Positions 38,609 through 49,692 of a stretch of DNA of 64,000 bases are shown piece by piece. Under the pieces are notes generated by a model that saw only the letters and a list, made by a program, of their open reading frames with translations, made no database searches and was not told the DNA's origin. How positions within the stretch are numbered: position 1 is the first letter of the stretch; every line of letters begins with the position of its first letter. The DNA comes from Candidatus Sulfobium sp. (GTDB taxonomy: Bacteria; Nitrospirota; Thermodesulfovibrionia; Thermodesulfovibrionales; UBA6898), in NCBI GenBank assembly GCA_037380845.1, contig JARRRI010000007.1, forward strand, positions 1-64,000, in the 5' to 3' direction. The translations under genes were made by a program, and so were the position numbers.

Positions 38609-39418
38609 TCAGACCACAAACTCCCTCCATCTGCTGTTTTCAAGGACCTGATTCGGCCGGAAGAACTTCTTGTAAGACATCCTTGAGATTTCTTCGATAT
38701 GGAAGCCGAGGTAATAGAACCTCTTTTTCATAAAGAGGGCGAGCGCTATCTCCTGGAGTATGCTGAACACCCCGAGACGCCTGTCAAGGCAGGCCGGATC
38801 GTAATAGAAGTAGTTGGAAGAAAGAGAACTCCGGCCTTCATCGACAATGCCGACGCCCACCAGCCTGCCATCGAGATAATAGTCCATCTCGATCACGCCC
38901 GGATAACCGTAATGGAGTCCGGCCAGGAGGGCCTCGCAGGAGCATGACTTCTCCTCCTCTTTATGTTTCTTCAACAGGTACTCTTTGTAAAGCCGGATTT
39001 TTTCACGGGTAAGTGAAGGAAACGACGGGATTTCGACATGCACGTCGGCGTTCTTCTTCGCCGTCCTCTTCTGGCTCCTCCCCGGCCTGAACACGGAGGG
39101 CCTGAGGCGTATCGACCTGCATGACCGGCAGCCTTCACAAACATTTCTGTAAAGGATGTCCCCCAGTCGCCGGTATCCCGCGGAGAGAAATGCGTCGAAG
39201 CGGTTCACAACGGCACGGCCGGCGACTGCACATTCGATTGAAGCCTGTCTGCCGTCGTCAAAATAGGGGCACGGAAAATTATCCCGGAAGGAAGGTTTTC
39301 CGGCGACTTCCTCTCCGGCCGCCCCGTCTGTCCACAGTTCTTCTTTTTTCATGCCTTCAAGAGCGGTCGCTTCTATTTTACACCGATGATGCAAAAAGTC
39401 CGATTTCAAATTTTCCAT
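38609..39418 (-). CDS. Bpt/ATE family aminoacyl-tRNA-protein transferase
   Basis: CPY, GYRRLGDILYR..C..C..C..IR, YFYYDP, LGVFSIL, YYLGF, MSYK. Confidence 0.85.
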   Translation of the reverse strand: MENLKSDFLHHRCKIEATALEGMKKEELWTDGAAGEEVAGKPSFRDNFPCPYFDDGRQASIECAVAGRAVVNRFDAFLSAGYRRLGDILYRNVCEGCRSCRSIRLRPSVFRPGRSQKRTAKKNADVHVEIPSFPSLTREKIRLYKEYLLKKHKEEEKSCSCEALLAGLHYGYPGVIEMDYYLDGRLVGVGIVDEGRSSLSSNYFYYDPACLDRRLGVFSILQEIALALFMKKRFYYLGFHIEEISRMSYKKFFRPNQVLENSRWREFVV

Positions 39419-39533
39419 TGCCGGGGCACCAACCGGGAATCAGCTTTTCCGGGAAGGCGGGACCCCTGCTCCGGCAGGTCATGAAGCTTTCTTTGACCGC
39501 TCTCATGAAGAACTCCGGAAAGGGAAAATTGCC

Positions 39534-39561
39534 TTGACAATTTTTCAGGCTATGATAACGT
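39534..39561 (+). promoter_or_regulatory. Sigma70-type promoter of the nuo operon
   Basis: TTGACA-N16-TAACGT with an extended -10 TG. Confidence 0.6.
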
Positions 39562-39581
39562 TGTTAGTAAGGTCATCCCCG

Positions 39582-39980
39582 ATGAACACTGTAACGTCAG
39601 ATACAATTCTTCTTTGGCCCATGGCTGTATATTTCGCTCTTACTCTGCTGGTTGCGGGCGGGATGCTGTTGATGTCCTACCTCCTCGGCCAACGTCACAG
39701 GGAAACACAGACTGCAGAGCCTTACGAATCCGGCATCGCATCGACCGGGACCGCCAGGATGCGCTTCGACGTCAAGTTTTACCTGGTGGCGATGTTCTTT
39801 GTTATCTTCGACCTCGAATCGGTCTTCATCTTTTCCTGGGCGGTCTCGATACGTGACACCGGCTGGGCAGGATACGGGGAGATGCTCGTTTTCATCGGCG
39901 TTCTTGTCGCCGCCCTCGGATACCTCTGGCGCCTCGGGGCCCTCGACTGGGGAACGCAGAAGCAGAACATGCGAAGATAG
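39582..39980 (+). CDS. nuoA: NADH-quinone oxidoreductase subunit A
   Basis: PYESG, KFYLVAMFFVIFDLE, GALDW. Confidence 0.96.
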   Translation: MNTVTSDTILLWPMAVYFALTLLVAGGMLLMSYLLGQRHRETQTAEPYESGIASTGTARMRFDVKFYLVAMFFVIFDLESVFIFSWAVSIRDTGWAGYGEMLVFIGVLVAALGYLWRLGALDWGTQKQNMRR

Positions 39981-40018
39981 GAAATTGAGAAGAGAAAGAT
40001 TGAGGAGATAAGCACAGA

Positions 40019-40648
40019 ATGGACTGGTCTCTCGAAAAAACCTATTCTCCCAGAGGCAGGGGGAAATCCATAGAAGATGCCATAGCCAGGTCCGTGCTCT
40101 TTACAAAGCTGCAGGAGTTTCTGGCATGGAACAGGAAGAACTCGATCTGGCCCTTCAATTTCGGCCTTTCCTGCTGCTATGTGGAGATGGCGACGAGCCT
40201 GACGAGCAAATATGACATCGCCAGGTATGGGGCCGAAGTAATCAGGGGGACGCCCAGAGAGGCCGACCTTATCGTTATCGCAGGCACGGTTTTCAAGAAG
40301 ATAGCCCCCGTGATAAAGCGGCTATATGAACAGATGATGGAGCCACGCTGGGTGATTTCGATGGGCTCCTGTGCAAATTCGGGCGGAATGTACGACATAT
40401 ACAGTGTGGTGCAGGGCGTCGACTCTTTTTTACCTGTGGACGTCTATGTGCCGGGCTGTCCTCCCCGGCCTGATGCATTCGAGGAGGGGCTCCTCCTGTT
40501 ACGGGATGCGGTGGGAAAGGAGAAGCGCCCCCTGAGCTGGATGGTCGGCCCGCAGGGAGTCGAACGTGCGCCCCTGGTTCCACAAAGAGACCTCAAGAGA
40601 ACCGGGAGACGGAAGGCCGGCAAACTCCGCCCTCCCGATGAGGTCTGA
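40019..40648 (+). CDS. nuoB: NADH-quinone oxidoreductase subunit B
   Basis: [26 protein letters not shown]. Confidence 0.97.
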   Translation: MDWSLEKTYSPRGRGKSIEDAIARSVLFTKLQEFLAWNRKNSIWPFNFGLSCCYVEMATSLTSKYDIARYGAEVIRGTPREADLIVIAGTVFKKIAPVIKRLYEQMMEPRWVISMGSCANSGGMYDIYSVVQGVDSFLPVDVYVPGCPPRPDAFEEGLLLLRDAVGKEKRPLSWMVGPQGVERAPLVPQRDLKRTGRRKAGKLRPPDEV

Positions 40649-40683
40649 TCCGGCCCGGTGATGGCGGTCAGGACACAGACATC

Positions 40684-40746
40684 GCCACAAAAAACACCAG
40701 AGTCACAAAAGAGTTCTTACTCAACGTATTTTGTGCCCTATGCGGC
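40684..40746. repeat. Degenerate palindromic intergenic element
   Basis: GCCACAAAAAACAC..CACAAAA...TTTTGTGCCCTATGCGGC between nuoB and nuoCD. Confidence 0.45.
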
Positions 40747-40805
40747 TGCCGGCCATCGCGATGAAATATTTTTTGGATTCGACTACGCCGAATCAGGAGA
40801 AAAAG

Positions 40806-42554
40806 TTGGGAAGTGACAGCGGGATAATATCAGAGCTTCAGGACCGCTTTGGAGCCGGCTGGGCAACTGAACAGAAAACGGCCGACGGAATACCCACGTT
40901 GTGGGTGGACAAGGAGGCTGTCTGCGGGGTCCTGTCATATCTCAAGGCGGAAGCGGAACGCCCGTACAGAATGCTGTACGATCTCACCGCCATAGACGAG
41001 CGGGCACGTCTGAACCGTAAAGGACAGCCCGAAAGCGACTTCACTGTTGTGTATCACCTCCTCTCTTTCGACCGGAATGAAGATTTACGCGTCAAGGTCG
41101 GCCTCACGGGTGACTACCCGGCGCTCAAGACCGTAACAGGCATCTGGCCCGCTGCGAGCTGGTACGAACGTGAGGTATGGGACATGTTCGGAGTGACCTT
41201 CGAGGGCCATCGCCATTTGAAACGCATATTGATGCCGCCCACCTGGCAGGGACATCCCCTCAGGAAGGAACATCCGGCACGCGGCACCGAAATGGAGCCC
41301 TACCGGCTTCCCGAGGAGACGGGGATAGAAGAGCAGCAGGCACTCGAATTCGCTCCGGAAGAATGGGGGATGAGGCGCAGTCACGAAGGCACGGACTTCA
41401 TGTTCCTCAACCTTGGACCGCAGCATCCGGGGACTCACGGCCTGCTCCGTGTCATCCTGGAGCTCGACGGGGAGGAGATCAAAGATGCGGTGATGGACAT
41501 AGGCTATCACCATCGCGGGGCCGAAAAAATGGGTGAACGCCAGTCATGGCACACTTACATCCCATATACCGACAGGATCGATTACCTGGGAGGTGTCATG
41601 AACAACCTGCCCTACGTACTCGCCGTAGAGCAGCTTGCCGGCATAGAGGTCCCTGACAAAGCCAAGGTGGCCAGGATCATGACGGCTGAATTATTCAGGC
41701 TGGCAAGTCATCTGGTCTGGTACGGTACCTTCGCCCAGGACGTGGGCCAGCTGTCGCCGGTCTTTTTCACCTTCTATGACCGTGAACGCATCTTCAGCAT
41801 AATCGAGGCCGTTTGCGGGGGCCGTATGCATCCCAGCTGGTTCCGCATCGGGGGTGTGGCCCAGGACCTTCCAGCGGGCTGGGACAGGATGGTCCGGGAA
41901 TTCCTCGATTATATGCCGGGCCGCCTGAGGGAATACGACAAGATGGTCATGGCAAACCGTATCCTGAAGGCGAGGACACAGGGCATAGGGGCATACACTG
42001 TCGACGAGGCCGTCGAATGGGGGGTCACCGGCCCCGGTCTCAGGGCCGCCGGTCTGGAATGGGATTTCAGAAAGAAAAGGCCCTATTCCGGTTATGAGCA
42101 GTTCGAATTCGACATCCCCACGGCATATCGCGGCGACTGCTATGACAGGGGCGTAGTGCGAGTGGAGGAGATGCGCCAGAGCCTGCGCATAATAGAGCAG
42201 TGCCTGAAGAACATGCCCTCCGGATCTTACAGGGCAGACCATCCTGTTGCCACCCCGCCGATAAAGAAAAACACCATGCACGACATTGAAACTCTCATCG
42301 AACACTTCCTGGGAGTCAGCTGGGGGCCGGTGGTCCCCCCCGGTGAGTCGTTCTTCGGCATCGAGGCCACTAAGGGCAACAACGGCTACTATCTCATCAG
42401 CGACGGCAACACCGTCTCTTACCGTACGCGGATCAGAACGCCCTCTTACGCACATCTGCAGATGGTGCCGTTTATCAGCAGGGGACTTATGGTGGCCGAT
42501 CTCCTGGCTATCCTGGGGAGTATCGACTTCGTCCTGGCGGATGTGGACAGGTGA
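40806..42554 (+). CDS. nuoCD: Fused NADH-quinone oxidoreductase subunit C/D (TTG start after AGGAGA; ATG 40761 is an alternative)
   Basis: [60 protein letters not shown]. Confidence 0.95.
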   Translation: MGSDSGIISELQDRFGAGWATEQKTADGIPTLWVDKEAVCGVLSYLKAEAERPYRMLYDLTAIDERARLNRKGQPESDFTVVYHLLSFDRNEDLRVKVGLTGDYPALKTVTGIWPAASWYEREVWDMFGVTFEGHRHLKRILMPPTWQGHPLRKEHPARGTEMEPYRLPEETGIEEQQALEFAPEEWGMRRSHEGTDFMFLNLGPQHPGTHGLLRVILELDGEEIKDAVMDIGYHHRGAEKMGERQSWHTYIPYTDRIDYLGGVMNNLPYVLAVEQLAGIEVPDKAKVARIMTAELFRLASHLVWYGTFAQDVGQLSPVFFTFYDRERIFSIIEAVCGGRMHPSWFRIGGVAQDLPAGWDRMVREFLDYMPGRLREYDKMVMANRILKARTQGIGAYTVDEAVEWGVTGPGLRAAGLEWDFRKKRPYSGYEQFEFDIPTAYRGDCYDRGVVRVEEMRQSLRIIEQCLKNMPSGSYRADHPVATPPIKKNTMHDIETLIEHFLGVSWGPVVPPGESFFGIEATKGNNGYYLISDGNTVSYRTRIRTPSYAHLQMVPFISRGLMVADLLAILGSIDFVLADVDR

Positions 42555-42558
42555 AAAA

Positions 42559-42586
42559 AGTGAAGAGTGAACAGTAAACAGTGAGC
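42559..42586 (+). repeat. Heptamer tandem repeat (AGTGAAC-like x4)
   Basis: AGTGAAG AGTGAAC AGTAAAC AGTGAGC directly after the nuoCD stop. Confidence 0.75.
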
Positions 42587-42653
42587 AGAAACGGAAAAAG
42601 GACGAAGGCCGACTCTGTATGAGACTCTTGATGCCACGGACAGGAAATCAATC

Positions 42654-43145
42654 ATGTTGACGGAAGAGGAAAGAAGAGAAATAGAAGAGGAACTCAGGCG
42701 ATATACGCATAAGAGGGCGGCCTGCATAGAGGCCCTGAAGATCGTGCAGCGTCATCGGGGCTGGATATCCGACGAGATCCACGATATCGCCGGGATGCTG
42801 GACATGTCGGTCGATGAACTGGATGACGTCGCAACCTTCTACAGTCTGATTTTCAGAAGACCCGTGGGAAGACACGTCATCCTGATCTGTGACAGTGTGA
42901 GCTGCTATGTCACCGGCTACGAGCCGCTCCGGGATTACCTCGGGGAACGGCTTGGCATCGGTCTGGGCGAGACGACGGCTGACGGCAGGTTCACCCTTCT
43001 TCCCACCGCCTGCCTCGGGGCCTGCGACCTTGCACCGGTAATGATGATAGATGACGTGCTTTACGGAAACCTGACCCCGGAGAAAATAGACTACCTGCTC
43101 GCGGAACACAGCGGTCCCCGGACGGTGAAAGGGGGAGATTCATAG
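42654..43145 (+). CDS. nuoE: NADH-quinone oxidoreductase subunit E
   Basis: VATFYS, CDSVSC, CLGAC. Confidence 0.96.
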   Translation: MLTEEERREIEEELRRYTHKRAACIEALKIVQRHRGWISDEIHDIAGMLDMSVDELDDVATFYSLIFRRPVGRHVILICDSVSCYVTGYEPLRDYLGERLGIGLGETTADGRFTLLPTACLGACDLAPVMMIDDVLYGNLTPEKIDYLLAEHSGPRTVKGGDS

Positions 43146-44428
43146 TGGAGCGTCCTCTTACCCGGAACATTGTACCCGGAAGGGAGCCCATGAATATTTC
43201 GGAATACGAGAAGGCCGGCGGCTACAGGTCGGTGCGGAAGGTTCTGAAGGGCATGGCGCCGAAGGAGATCCAGGAAGAGGTGAAGAAGTCCAACCTGCGG
43301 GGAAGGGGCGGGGCGGGATTTTCCACGGGTATGAAGTGGAACTTCGTGCCCATGGGCGATGATGCACCCCGGCCCAAGTATATCGTCGTAAACGCCGACG
43401 AAATGGAACCGGGGACCTTCAAAGACCGCCTGCTTCTGGAAGGAAACCCTCACGGAATGATCGAGGCGGTTATCGTGGCCGCCTATGCGATCCAGGCCGA
43501 CATCGGCTACATCTTCCTGCGGTGGGCGTACAAGGTCGCAGCGAAACGGCTGCGCAAGGCCATTGCCGAGGCATACGAAAAGAACTATCTCGGGGAAAAT
43601 ATACTGGGGTCGGGCTACAGCCTTGACCTCCACCTCCATGTAAGCGCAGGCAGATACATGTGCGGGGAGGAAACAGGCCTTCTCAACGCGCTGGAAGGAA
43701 GGAGGGCCATCCCCCGCGCCAAGCCGCCATATCCGCAGGTGAGCGGGCTCTGGGGCAAACCCACCGTCGTCAACAATGTGGAGTCGTTCTATAATGTCCC
43801 CCACATAATCAATAACGGCGCCGAGTGGTTCAAGGGGCTTAGCAGGTCCGAAGACGGCGGGACGAAGCTTTACGGGGTGAGCGGCAACGTGAACAAGCCG
43901 GGGCTGTGGGAACTGCCTATGGCGACCACTGCGAGGGAGGTCCTGGAAGAACACGCCGGGGGAATGCGCGACGGCTTCAAATTCAGGGGTCTTATCCCCG
44001 GCGGGGCCTCGACAGACTTTCTCGTCGAGGAGCACCTCGACATCAAGCTTGATTTCGATACCGTGCCTAAATACGGCAGCAGGCTGGGCACCGGCACGAT
44101 GATCATCCTGGACGATCGGACGTGTCCCGTCGGCATGGTCCTCAACCTGTCGATATTCTTTGCCAGGGAATCCTGCGGATGGTGCACGCCCTGCCGGGAG
44201 GGGCTGCCGTGGATCGTAAAGATCCTCAGTGCAATGGAAAACGGCGAGGGAAGAGAGGGGGACATCGAAAACCTGGAGCGTCACTGCAAGCTTCTGGGGC
44301 CCGGCAATACGTTCTGCGCGCTTGCCCCGGGAGCTGTGGAGCCCCTGCAGAGCGCGATCAAATATTTCAGGGAAGACTTCGAGCGGCACATACGCGGGAA
44401 AGGCTGCCCATGGAAGAGACGGGCGTGA
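43145..44428 (+). CDS. nuoF: NADH-quinone oxidoreductase subunit F
   Basis: LRGRGGAGF, NADEMEPGT, YMCGEET, ESCGWCTPCREG, FCA. Confidence 0.97.
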   Translation: MERPLTRNIVPGREPMNISEYEKAGGYRSVRKVLKGMAPKEIQEEVKKSNLRGRGGAGFSTGMKWNFVPMGDDAPRPKYIVVNADEMEPGTFKDRLLLEGNPHGMIEAVIVAAYAIQADIGYIFLRWAYKVAAKRLRKAIAEAYEKNYLGENILGSGYSLDLHLHVSAGRYMCGEETGLLNALEGRRAIPRAKPPYPQVSGLWGKPTVVNNVESFYNVPHIINNGAEWFKGLSRSEDGGTKLYGVSGNVNKPGLWELPMATTAREVLEEHAGGMRDGFKFRGLIPGGASTDFLVEEHLDIKLDFDTVPKYGSRLGTGTMIILDDRTCPVGMVLNLSIFFARESCGWCTPCREGLPWIVKILSAMENGEGREGDIENLERHCKLLGPGNTFCALAPGAVEPLQSAIKYFREDFERHIRGKGCPWKRRA

Positions 44429-44507
44429 GATAAGGTGTTATAAACCTGGAAACAACGAACGGCACAAAAGGCAGAAAATCATGGAGAAAAAACAAGACCT
44501 GGGAAGT

Positions 44508-44585
44508 CGTCATTCCGCGGAGGCGGTGTTCGGGGCAGGCATAACTGCCGGAAATGGATTCCCGATTAAGAATTTCGGGATGACG
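44508..44585. repeat. Degenerate GTCATTCC...GGATGAC palindromic (REP/RPE-like) element
   Basis: CGTCATTCCGCGGAGGCGG...TGGATTCCCGATTAAGAATTTCGGGATGACG between nuoF and nuoG. Confidence 0.65.
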
Positions 44586-44622
44586 GTCTTAAGAAAAAAC
44601 TTTTTGAGAAAGAAATTCGGAC

Positions 44623-47367
44623 GTGAAAGAGAAGATGGTCACCATATATATAGATGACAAGCCCTATGAAGTCGAGGAAGGGCAGGACCTGCTGAGCGCC
44701 TGCCTTTCCCTCGGCTTTAATGTCCCCTATTTCTGCTGGCATCCGGCCATGCATTCAGTCGGGGCCTGCAGGCAGTGCTCGGTCAAGGTCTTCAAGGATG
44801 AAAACGACAAGAAAGGGAAGATCGCCATGTCCTGCCTGACGGCCGCAACGGAAGGCACCCGCCTTTCGATCGATGACCCCGATGCACGGCAGTTCAGGGC
44901 CAGCGTGATCGAATGGCTGATGCTAAACCATCCGCACGACTGCCCGGTCTGCGATGAAGGCGGAGAGTGTCATCTTCAGGACATGACGGTAATGACCAGG
45001 CACATCTACCGGAGGACGAGGTTCAGGAAGAGGACCCACCAGAACCAGTATCTCGGGCCGTTCATCAACCACGAGATGAACAGGTGCATCCAGTGCTACC
45101 GTTGTATACGCTTCTATAACGATTACGCCGGCGGACGGGATTTTTCTGTTTTTTCTGCGCATGACTCCGTCTATTTCGGGAGGCACGAGGAGGGTATTCT
45201 CCGGAGTGAATTCAGCGGCAACCTCGTCGAGATCTGCCCCACCGGGGTATTTACCGACAAGACTCTGAAGGCCCATTACACACGCAAATGGGACCTCCAG
45301 ACGGCGCCTTCGATATGCGTGCACTGCGGGCTGGGCTGCAATACCATTCCGGGGGAGAGGTATGGCTCGCTGCGCAGGATACTCAACCGTTATAACGGCG
45401 AGGTGAACGGGTATTTTCTTTGCGACCGGGGCCGGTTCGGCTATGGGTTCGTCAACAGCGACACCAGGGTCAGGAGGCCGCTGTTGAGCATCAACAAGGG
45501 CACGACCGGGGGACCTGCCTCAAAAGACGAAGTCCTTGAGCACATATCGAAGATACTTCACTTCGGGGCCAGGGTCATCGGTATCGGCTCTCCCAGGGCG
45601 TCAATGGAAGCGAACTTTGCGCTTCGTGACCTTGTCGGTCCCGAGAATTTTTACCAGGGTCTTTCGGAAAAAGAATACGAGACGATCTCGGATATAGCGA
45701 GGATCATGAAGAAAAGCCCCGCCCGCTCTCCTTCTCTCAGGGACGTGTCGATGTCAGATTCGGTCTTCGTCCTCGGCGAGGACGTATCCAATACCTCTCC
45801 GATGCTCGCCCTTGCCCTGAGGCAGTCGGTGCGCAGGAAACCGATGGAGATCGTCAGAAAGCTTCGCATACCCGAATGGAACGATGCGGCGGTCCGGGAG
45901 GCGATCCAGGACGAGAAGGGTCCGCTCTTCATAGGGTCGTCATATAGCACGAGGATCGACGACATCGCCGCAGAAGTCTATCGTGCCGCTCCCGCAGACC
46001 TGGCCCGCCTGGGATTCGCAGTTGCCCATGAGATAAACAAGGACCTGCGGCCTGTCAATGATCTGCCAAAGGACACAGCGTCCCTGGCTCGAAGGATCGC
46101 CAGGGCGCTGAAGGCCGCGAAACGGCCGCTTATTGTTTCAGGAGCCGGATGCGGCAGCAGAGAGCTCATAGGCGCAGCGGCGGATATAGCGCGGGCACTA
46201 TGCGATGCGGGCAGGGACGCCGGGCTCTGTTATGTCGTCCCCGAGTGCAACAGCCTCGGTCTCGCCCTTATGGGGGCGGAAGGCCTCGACAGGGCGGTGA
46301 GACGGATAACCGGCGGGACCGCGGATTCGGTCTTAACCCTTGAAAACGATCTCTACAGAAGGATTGATGCGGAGAAGGCGGACGGGATTTTCGGGACGGC
46401 AGGCCATGTTATTGCCATCGACCATTACCTGAACAGGACGACCTTCATGGCCGATGTGGTCCTTCCCGCAGGTACCTTCGCCGAAAGCGGCGGACTGTTT
46501 GTCAATAACGAGGGCCGGGCCCAGGCCTTCTACCAGGTCTTCGTCCCGGAAGGAGAAATACAGGAGAGCTGGCGCTGGATAAGGGACATAATGGTCCGTA
46601 CGAGGAGGGAATCCGCAAAAAACTGGAAGGGCCTGGACGATATAAGGGCGGCCATGATCAACGCCATGCCCTTCCTCGGGCCTGCCCGGGGAATTGTTCC
46701 CGGTGCAGGTTTCCGCATCGCGGGACAGAGAATTCCGAGGCAGCCTCACCGGTTCAGCGGCCGTACCGCCATCCACGCAGACATCACCGTCCATGAGCCG
46801 CGGCCCCCCAGGGACCCGGACTCCCCTCTCGCCTATTCTATGGAGGGATACGTCGAAAGACCGCCGTCTCCTCTGATTCCGCGGTTCTGGGCCCCGGGAT
46901 GGAATTCGGTGCAGTCGGTCAACAAATTCCAGAGCGAGGTTGGCGGACAGCTGGCGGGCGGCGATCCCGGACGTCGTCTGATCGAACCCGACGCCGCGGC
47001 AGAGGCCCCTTACTCCGGGAAGGTTCCTCATCCCTTCGAAAGGAAAGAGGGGAAATTTCTTATGCTGCCCCTGCATCACATTTTCGGTTCCGAAGAGTTG
47101 AGCGCCAGGTCCCCGGAAATTTCCGGCCTGGTACCAGCACCTTACGTAGGGCTGAATGCAGAGTCGCTGGGCGATCTCGGAATTCAGGAGGACGACGAAC
47201 TGGAAATAGAGATAGGTTCGCGGACACTTTTCCTCAGGGCTGAGAACATATCGTCGTTGCCTGCTGGGACGGCGGGTCTGCCTTCGGGCATTCCGGGACT
47301 GGAGGGGATTCCGCTTCCCTCCTGGGGCAGGTTGAAAAGAGGCGGGAAGACAGAAGGCGGCCCATGA
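44623..47367 (+). CDS. nuoG: NADH-quinone oxidoreductase subunit G (long, E. coli-type)
   Basis: CWHP...GACRQC, HPHDCPVCDEGGEC, RCIQCYRC, CVHCGLGC, CDRGRF. Confidence 0.96.
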   Translation: MKEKMVTIYIDDKPYEVEEGQDLLSACLSLGFNVPYFCWHPAMHSVGACRQCSVKVFKDENDKKGKIAMSCLTAATEGTRLSIDDPDARQFRASVIEWLMLNHPHDCPVCDEGGECHLQDMTVMTRHIYRRTRFRKRTHQNQYLGPFINHEMNRCIQCYRCIRFYNDYAGGRDFSVFSAHDSVYFGRHEEGILRSEFSGNLVEICPTGVFTDKTLKAHYTRKWDLQTAPSICVHCGLGCNTIPGERYGSLRRILNRYNGEVNGYFLCDRGRFGYGFVNSDTRVRRPLLSINKGTTGGPASKDEVLEHISKILHFGARVIGIGSPRASMEANFALRDLVGPENFYQGLSEKEYETISDIARIMKKSPARSPSLRDVSMSDSVFVLGEDVSNTSPMLALALRQSVRRKPMEIVRKLRIPEWNDAAVREAIQDEKGPLFIGSSYSTRIDDIAAEVYRAAPADLARLGFAVAHEINKDLRPVNDLPKDTASLARRIARALKAAKRPLIVSGAGCGSRELIGAAADIARALCDAGRDAGLCYVVPECNSLGLALMGAEGLDRAVRRITGGTADSVLTLENDLYRRIDAEKADGIFGTAGHVIAIDHYLNRTTFMADVVLPAGTFAESGGLFVNNEGRAQAFYQVFVPEGEIQESWRWIRDIMVRTRRESAKNWKGLDDIRAAMINAMPFLGPARGIVPGAGFRIAGQRIPRQPHRFSGRTAIHADITVHEPRPPRDPDSPLAYSMEGYVERPPSPLIPRFWAPGWNSVQSVNKFQSEVGGQLAGGDPGRRLIEPDAAAEAPYSGKVPHPFERKEGKFLMLPLHHIFGSEELSARSPEISGLVPAPYVGLNAESLGDLGIQEDDELEIEIGSRTLFLRAENISSLPAGTAGLPSGIPGLEGIPLPSWGRLKRGGKTEGGP

Positions 47368-48262
47368 GCGAAACGCTGAGGTCCATACTGATTATACTGT
47401 TCGTCCTGATCGTGGTCCTCACTATCGGCGGAGGCCTGATCTGGCTTGAGAGGCGCCTGCTGGGCCTCTGGCAGGACAGATACGGCCCCAACCGTGTCGG
47501 CCCATTCGGCCTGCTCCAGGTGATGGCCGATATGGTAAAGGTCCTTGCCAAGGAAGATTTCACACCCCCTTTTGCAGACCGGCCTGTCTTTGTCATAGCC
47601 CCGGCGATCGTTGTGGTGACGGTACTCATGACCTTTACCATTATCCCTTTCACCCCTATTATCAAGGTGGCCGACATCAATGTGGGCCTTCTCTTCTTTC
47701 TCGGGATGTCCTCTCTGGGAGTCTATAGCGTTGCCCTCGGGGGATGGGCCTCGGCAAGCAAGTACTCCCTTTTGGGGGGTCTGAGGGCTGCAGCCCAGAT
47801 GCTGAGTTACGAGGTCTTCATGGGACTTTCTCTCATGGGGGTAGTGATGATGACGGGGTCGTTCGATCTAACGTCCATTGTCAACGCCCAGAAGGGACTA
47901 TGGTTCTGTATCCCCCAGTTTCTGGGGATGGTCGTCTTTTTCATAGCGGGTATCGCGGAGACGCACAGACTGCCCTTCGACCTGCCCGAGGCCGAGAGCG
48001 AACTCGTGGCCGGTTTCCACTCTGAATATTCTGCGATGAAATTCGGGCTGTTCTTCGTGGGCGAGTATCTGGGCATCACTCTGAAATCCGCCCTGATGAC
48101 CGTCTTCCTTTTCATAGACCAGGCTCTGCCTGCTTACTGCTCAGGGCGTCGCTCCCCAGACCGCGCTACGACCAGCTCATGGCTTACGGGTGGAAGGTGC
48201 TGCTTCCCCTGTCACTTCTGAACCTGGTGGTAACAGCCACCATAATCCTGGCGGCGGGGTGA
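47364..48262 (+). pseudogene. nuoH: nuoH, frameshifted near 48102-48135
   Basis: NuoH sequence runs to [15 protein letters not shown]; the C-terminal [13 protein letters not shown]...GWK...AAG* is in another frame, and the GGW-containing segment is missing. Confidence 0.9.
48102..48134. repeat. 33-bp exact inverted copy of nuoI 48688-48720 inside nuoH
   Basis: GTCTTCCTTTTCATAGACCAGGCTCTGCCTGCT is the reverse complement of AGCAGGCAGAGCCTGGTCTATGAAAAGGAAGAC. Confidence 0.95.
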
Positions 48263-48276
48263 GGAATTTTTTTATA

Positions 48277-48306
48277 TGTAGAGGCACGGCATGCCGTCCC
48301 CCTACA
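48277..48306. repeat. GTAG-family REP palindrome
   Basis: TGTAGAGGCACGGCATGCCGTCCCCCTACA, a 30-nt palindrome with 2 mismatches, between nuoH and nuoI. Confidence 0.8.
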
Positions 48307-48339
48307 AAGGATGAACGAAAACATATTGTGGGAGGATAA

Positions 48340-48855
48340 ATGTTCAGCATCCTGAGGACAATCTGGACCGTGTTTCTTCATATGTTCCGGAAGCGGGTGA
48401 CCATACAGTACCCCGAGGAGAAGCCCTATCTCCCGCCGCGCTGGAGGGGCAGGATCATCCTTTCCCGGGACCCCGACGGCGAGGAGCGGTGCGTGGCATG
48501 CTACCTTTGCGCCGTGGCATGCCCGGTGGACTGCATCTCCCTGCAGGCGACCGAGGACGAATACGGCCGGAGATATCCGGAATTCTTCAGGATAAATTTT
48601 TCCCGGTGCATCTTCTGCGGCTTCTGCGAGGAGGCATGCCCTACCTACGCCATCCAGCTCACGCCGGATTTCGAGATGTGCGAGCACAGCAGGCAGAGCC
48701 TGGTCTATGAAAAGGAAGACCTCACGATAAGCGGCCCGGGGAAATATCATGATTACAACTTCTACCGCGTGGCGGGTTTGAAGATAAAGGGAAAAGACAA
48801 GGGTGAGGCCGAAAACGAGCAGCCGCCCGTCGACGTCAGGACCCTGATGCCGTAG
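48340..48855 (+). CDS. nuoI: NADH-quinone oxidoreductase subunit I
   Basis: [12 protein letters not shown] and [12 protein letters not shown]. Confidence 0.97.
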   Translation: MFSILRTIWTVFLHMFRKRVTIQYPEEKPYLPPRWRGRIILSRDPDGEERCVACYLCAVACPVDCISLQATEDEYGRRYPEFFRINFSRCIFCGFCEEACPTYAIQLTPDFEMCEHSRQSLVYEKEDLTISGPGKYHDYNFYRVAGLKIKGKDKGEAENEQPPVDVRTLMP

Positions 48856-48865
48856 GAGATCATAA

Positions 48866-49387
48866 TTGGAAACACTTTTTTACATATCTTCCTTCGTAGC
48901 GGTTATAGCGACATTCTTGGTCATGGTAAAGACTAACGTCGTCCATGCCCTTCTCTACCTGGTCGTCTCGCTGCTGGCGGTGGCGCTTGTCTTTTTCGTG
49001 CTGGGGGCCCCGTTCATAGCAGCACTCGAGATCATCATCTACGCGGGAGCTATCATGGTCCTTTTCGTATTCGTGGTCATGATGCTCAACCTGGGCTCCG
49101 CCGATACGCAGCGAGAAAGTGAATGGCTTACCGCCGAGACCTGGGCGGGTCCGGTAATATTGGCGGCAGTACTCCTGGGGGAGGTCATCTTCATTCTGGT
49201 CCATAAGCCCGGGGCCGCCTTTCAGGCGGAAATGTTAGGGCCGAGGCAGGTCGGCATATCCCTGTTGGGGCCGTATCTCCTGGGTGCAGAGCTTGCATCC
49301 ATCCTGCTCCTGGCGGGACTGGCCGGGGCTTACCACATCGGCCGGCATTCCGGAGAAAAGGGCGGGGGAGGGAGGAAGCGGTCATGA
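48866..49387 (+). CDS. nuoJ: NADH-quinone oxidoreductase subunit J
   Basis: [34 protein letters not shown]. Confidence 0.95.
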   Translation: METLFYISSFVAVIATFLVMVKTNVVHALLYLVVSLLAVALVFFVLGAPFIAALEIIIYAGAIMVLFVFVVMMLNLGSADTQRESEWLTAETWAGPVILAAVLLGEVIFILVHKPGAAFQAEMLGPRQVGISLLGPYLLGAELASILLLAGLAGAYHIGRHSGEKGGGGRKRS

Positions 49388-49692
49388 TGTCCATACCGAT
49401 GGAGCACGGGCTTATACTTGCGGGAGTCCTGTTCGCCTTCGGACTGGCCGGTGTCCTCATGCGGAGAAACGTCATCTTCATCCTCATGTTTATCGAGGTA
49501 ATGCTGAACGCCGCCGGACTGGCCTTCGTAGTGGCGGGATCGAAGTGGAACCAGGCAGACGGCCAGGTCATGTTCATATTCATCCTTACCATGGCCGCCG
49601 CCGAGGTCTCGGTCGGACTGGCACTGGTGCTTAAGTTCTATCACAAGTTCAGGACGCTGGATGCCGATGCGGCCAGCAGGATGAGGGGGTGA
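49384..49692 (+). CDS. nuoK: NADH-quinone oxidoreductase subunit K
   Basis: [21 protein letters not shown]. Confidence 0.96.
   Translation: MMSIPMEHGLILAGVLFAFGLAGVLMRRNVIFILMFIEVMLNAAGLAFVVAGSKWNQADGQVMFIFILTMAAAEVSVGLALVLKFYHKFRTLDADAASRMRG

Noticed and set aside
48100..48140. Programmed frameshift or invertible phase switch in nuoH
   Set aside because: There is no slippery site and conserved sequence is missing. Inverting 48102-48720 would not restore nuoH, and no recombinase is nearby.
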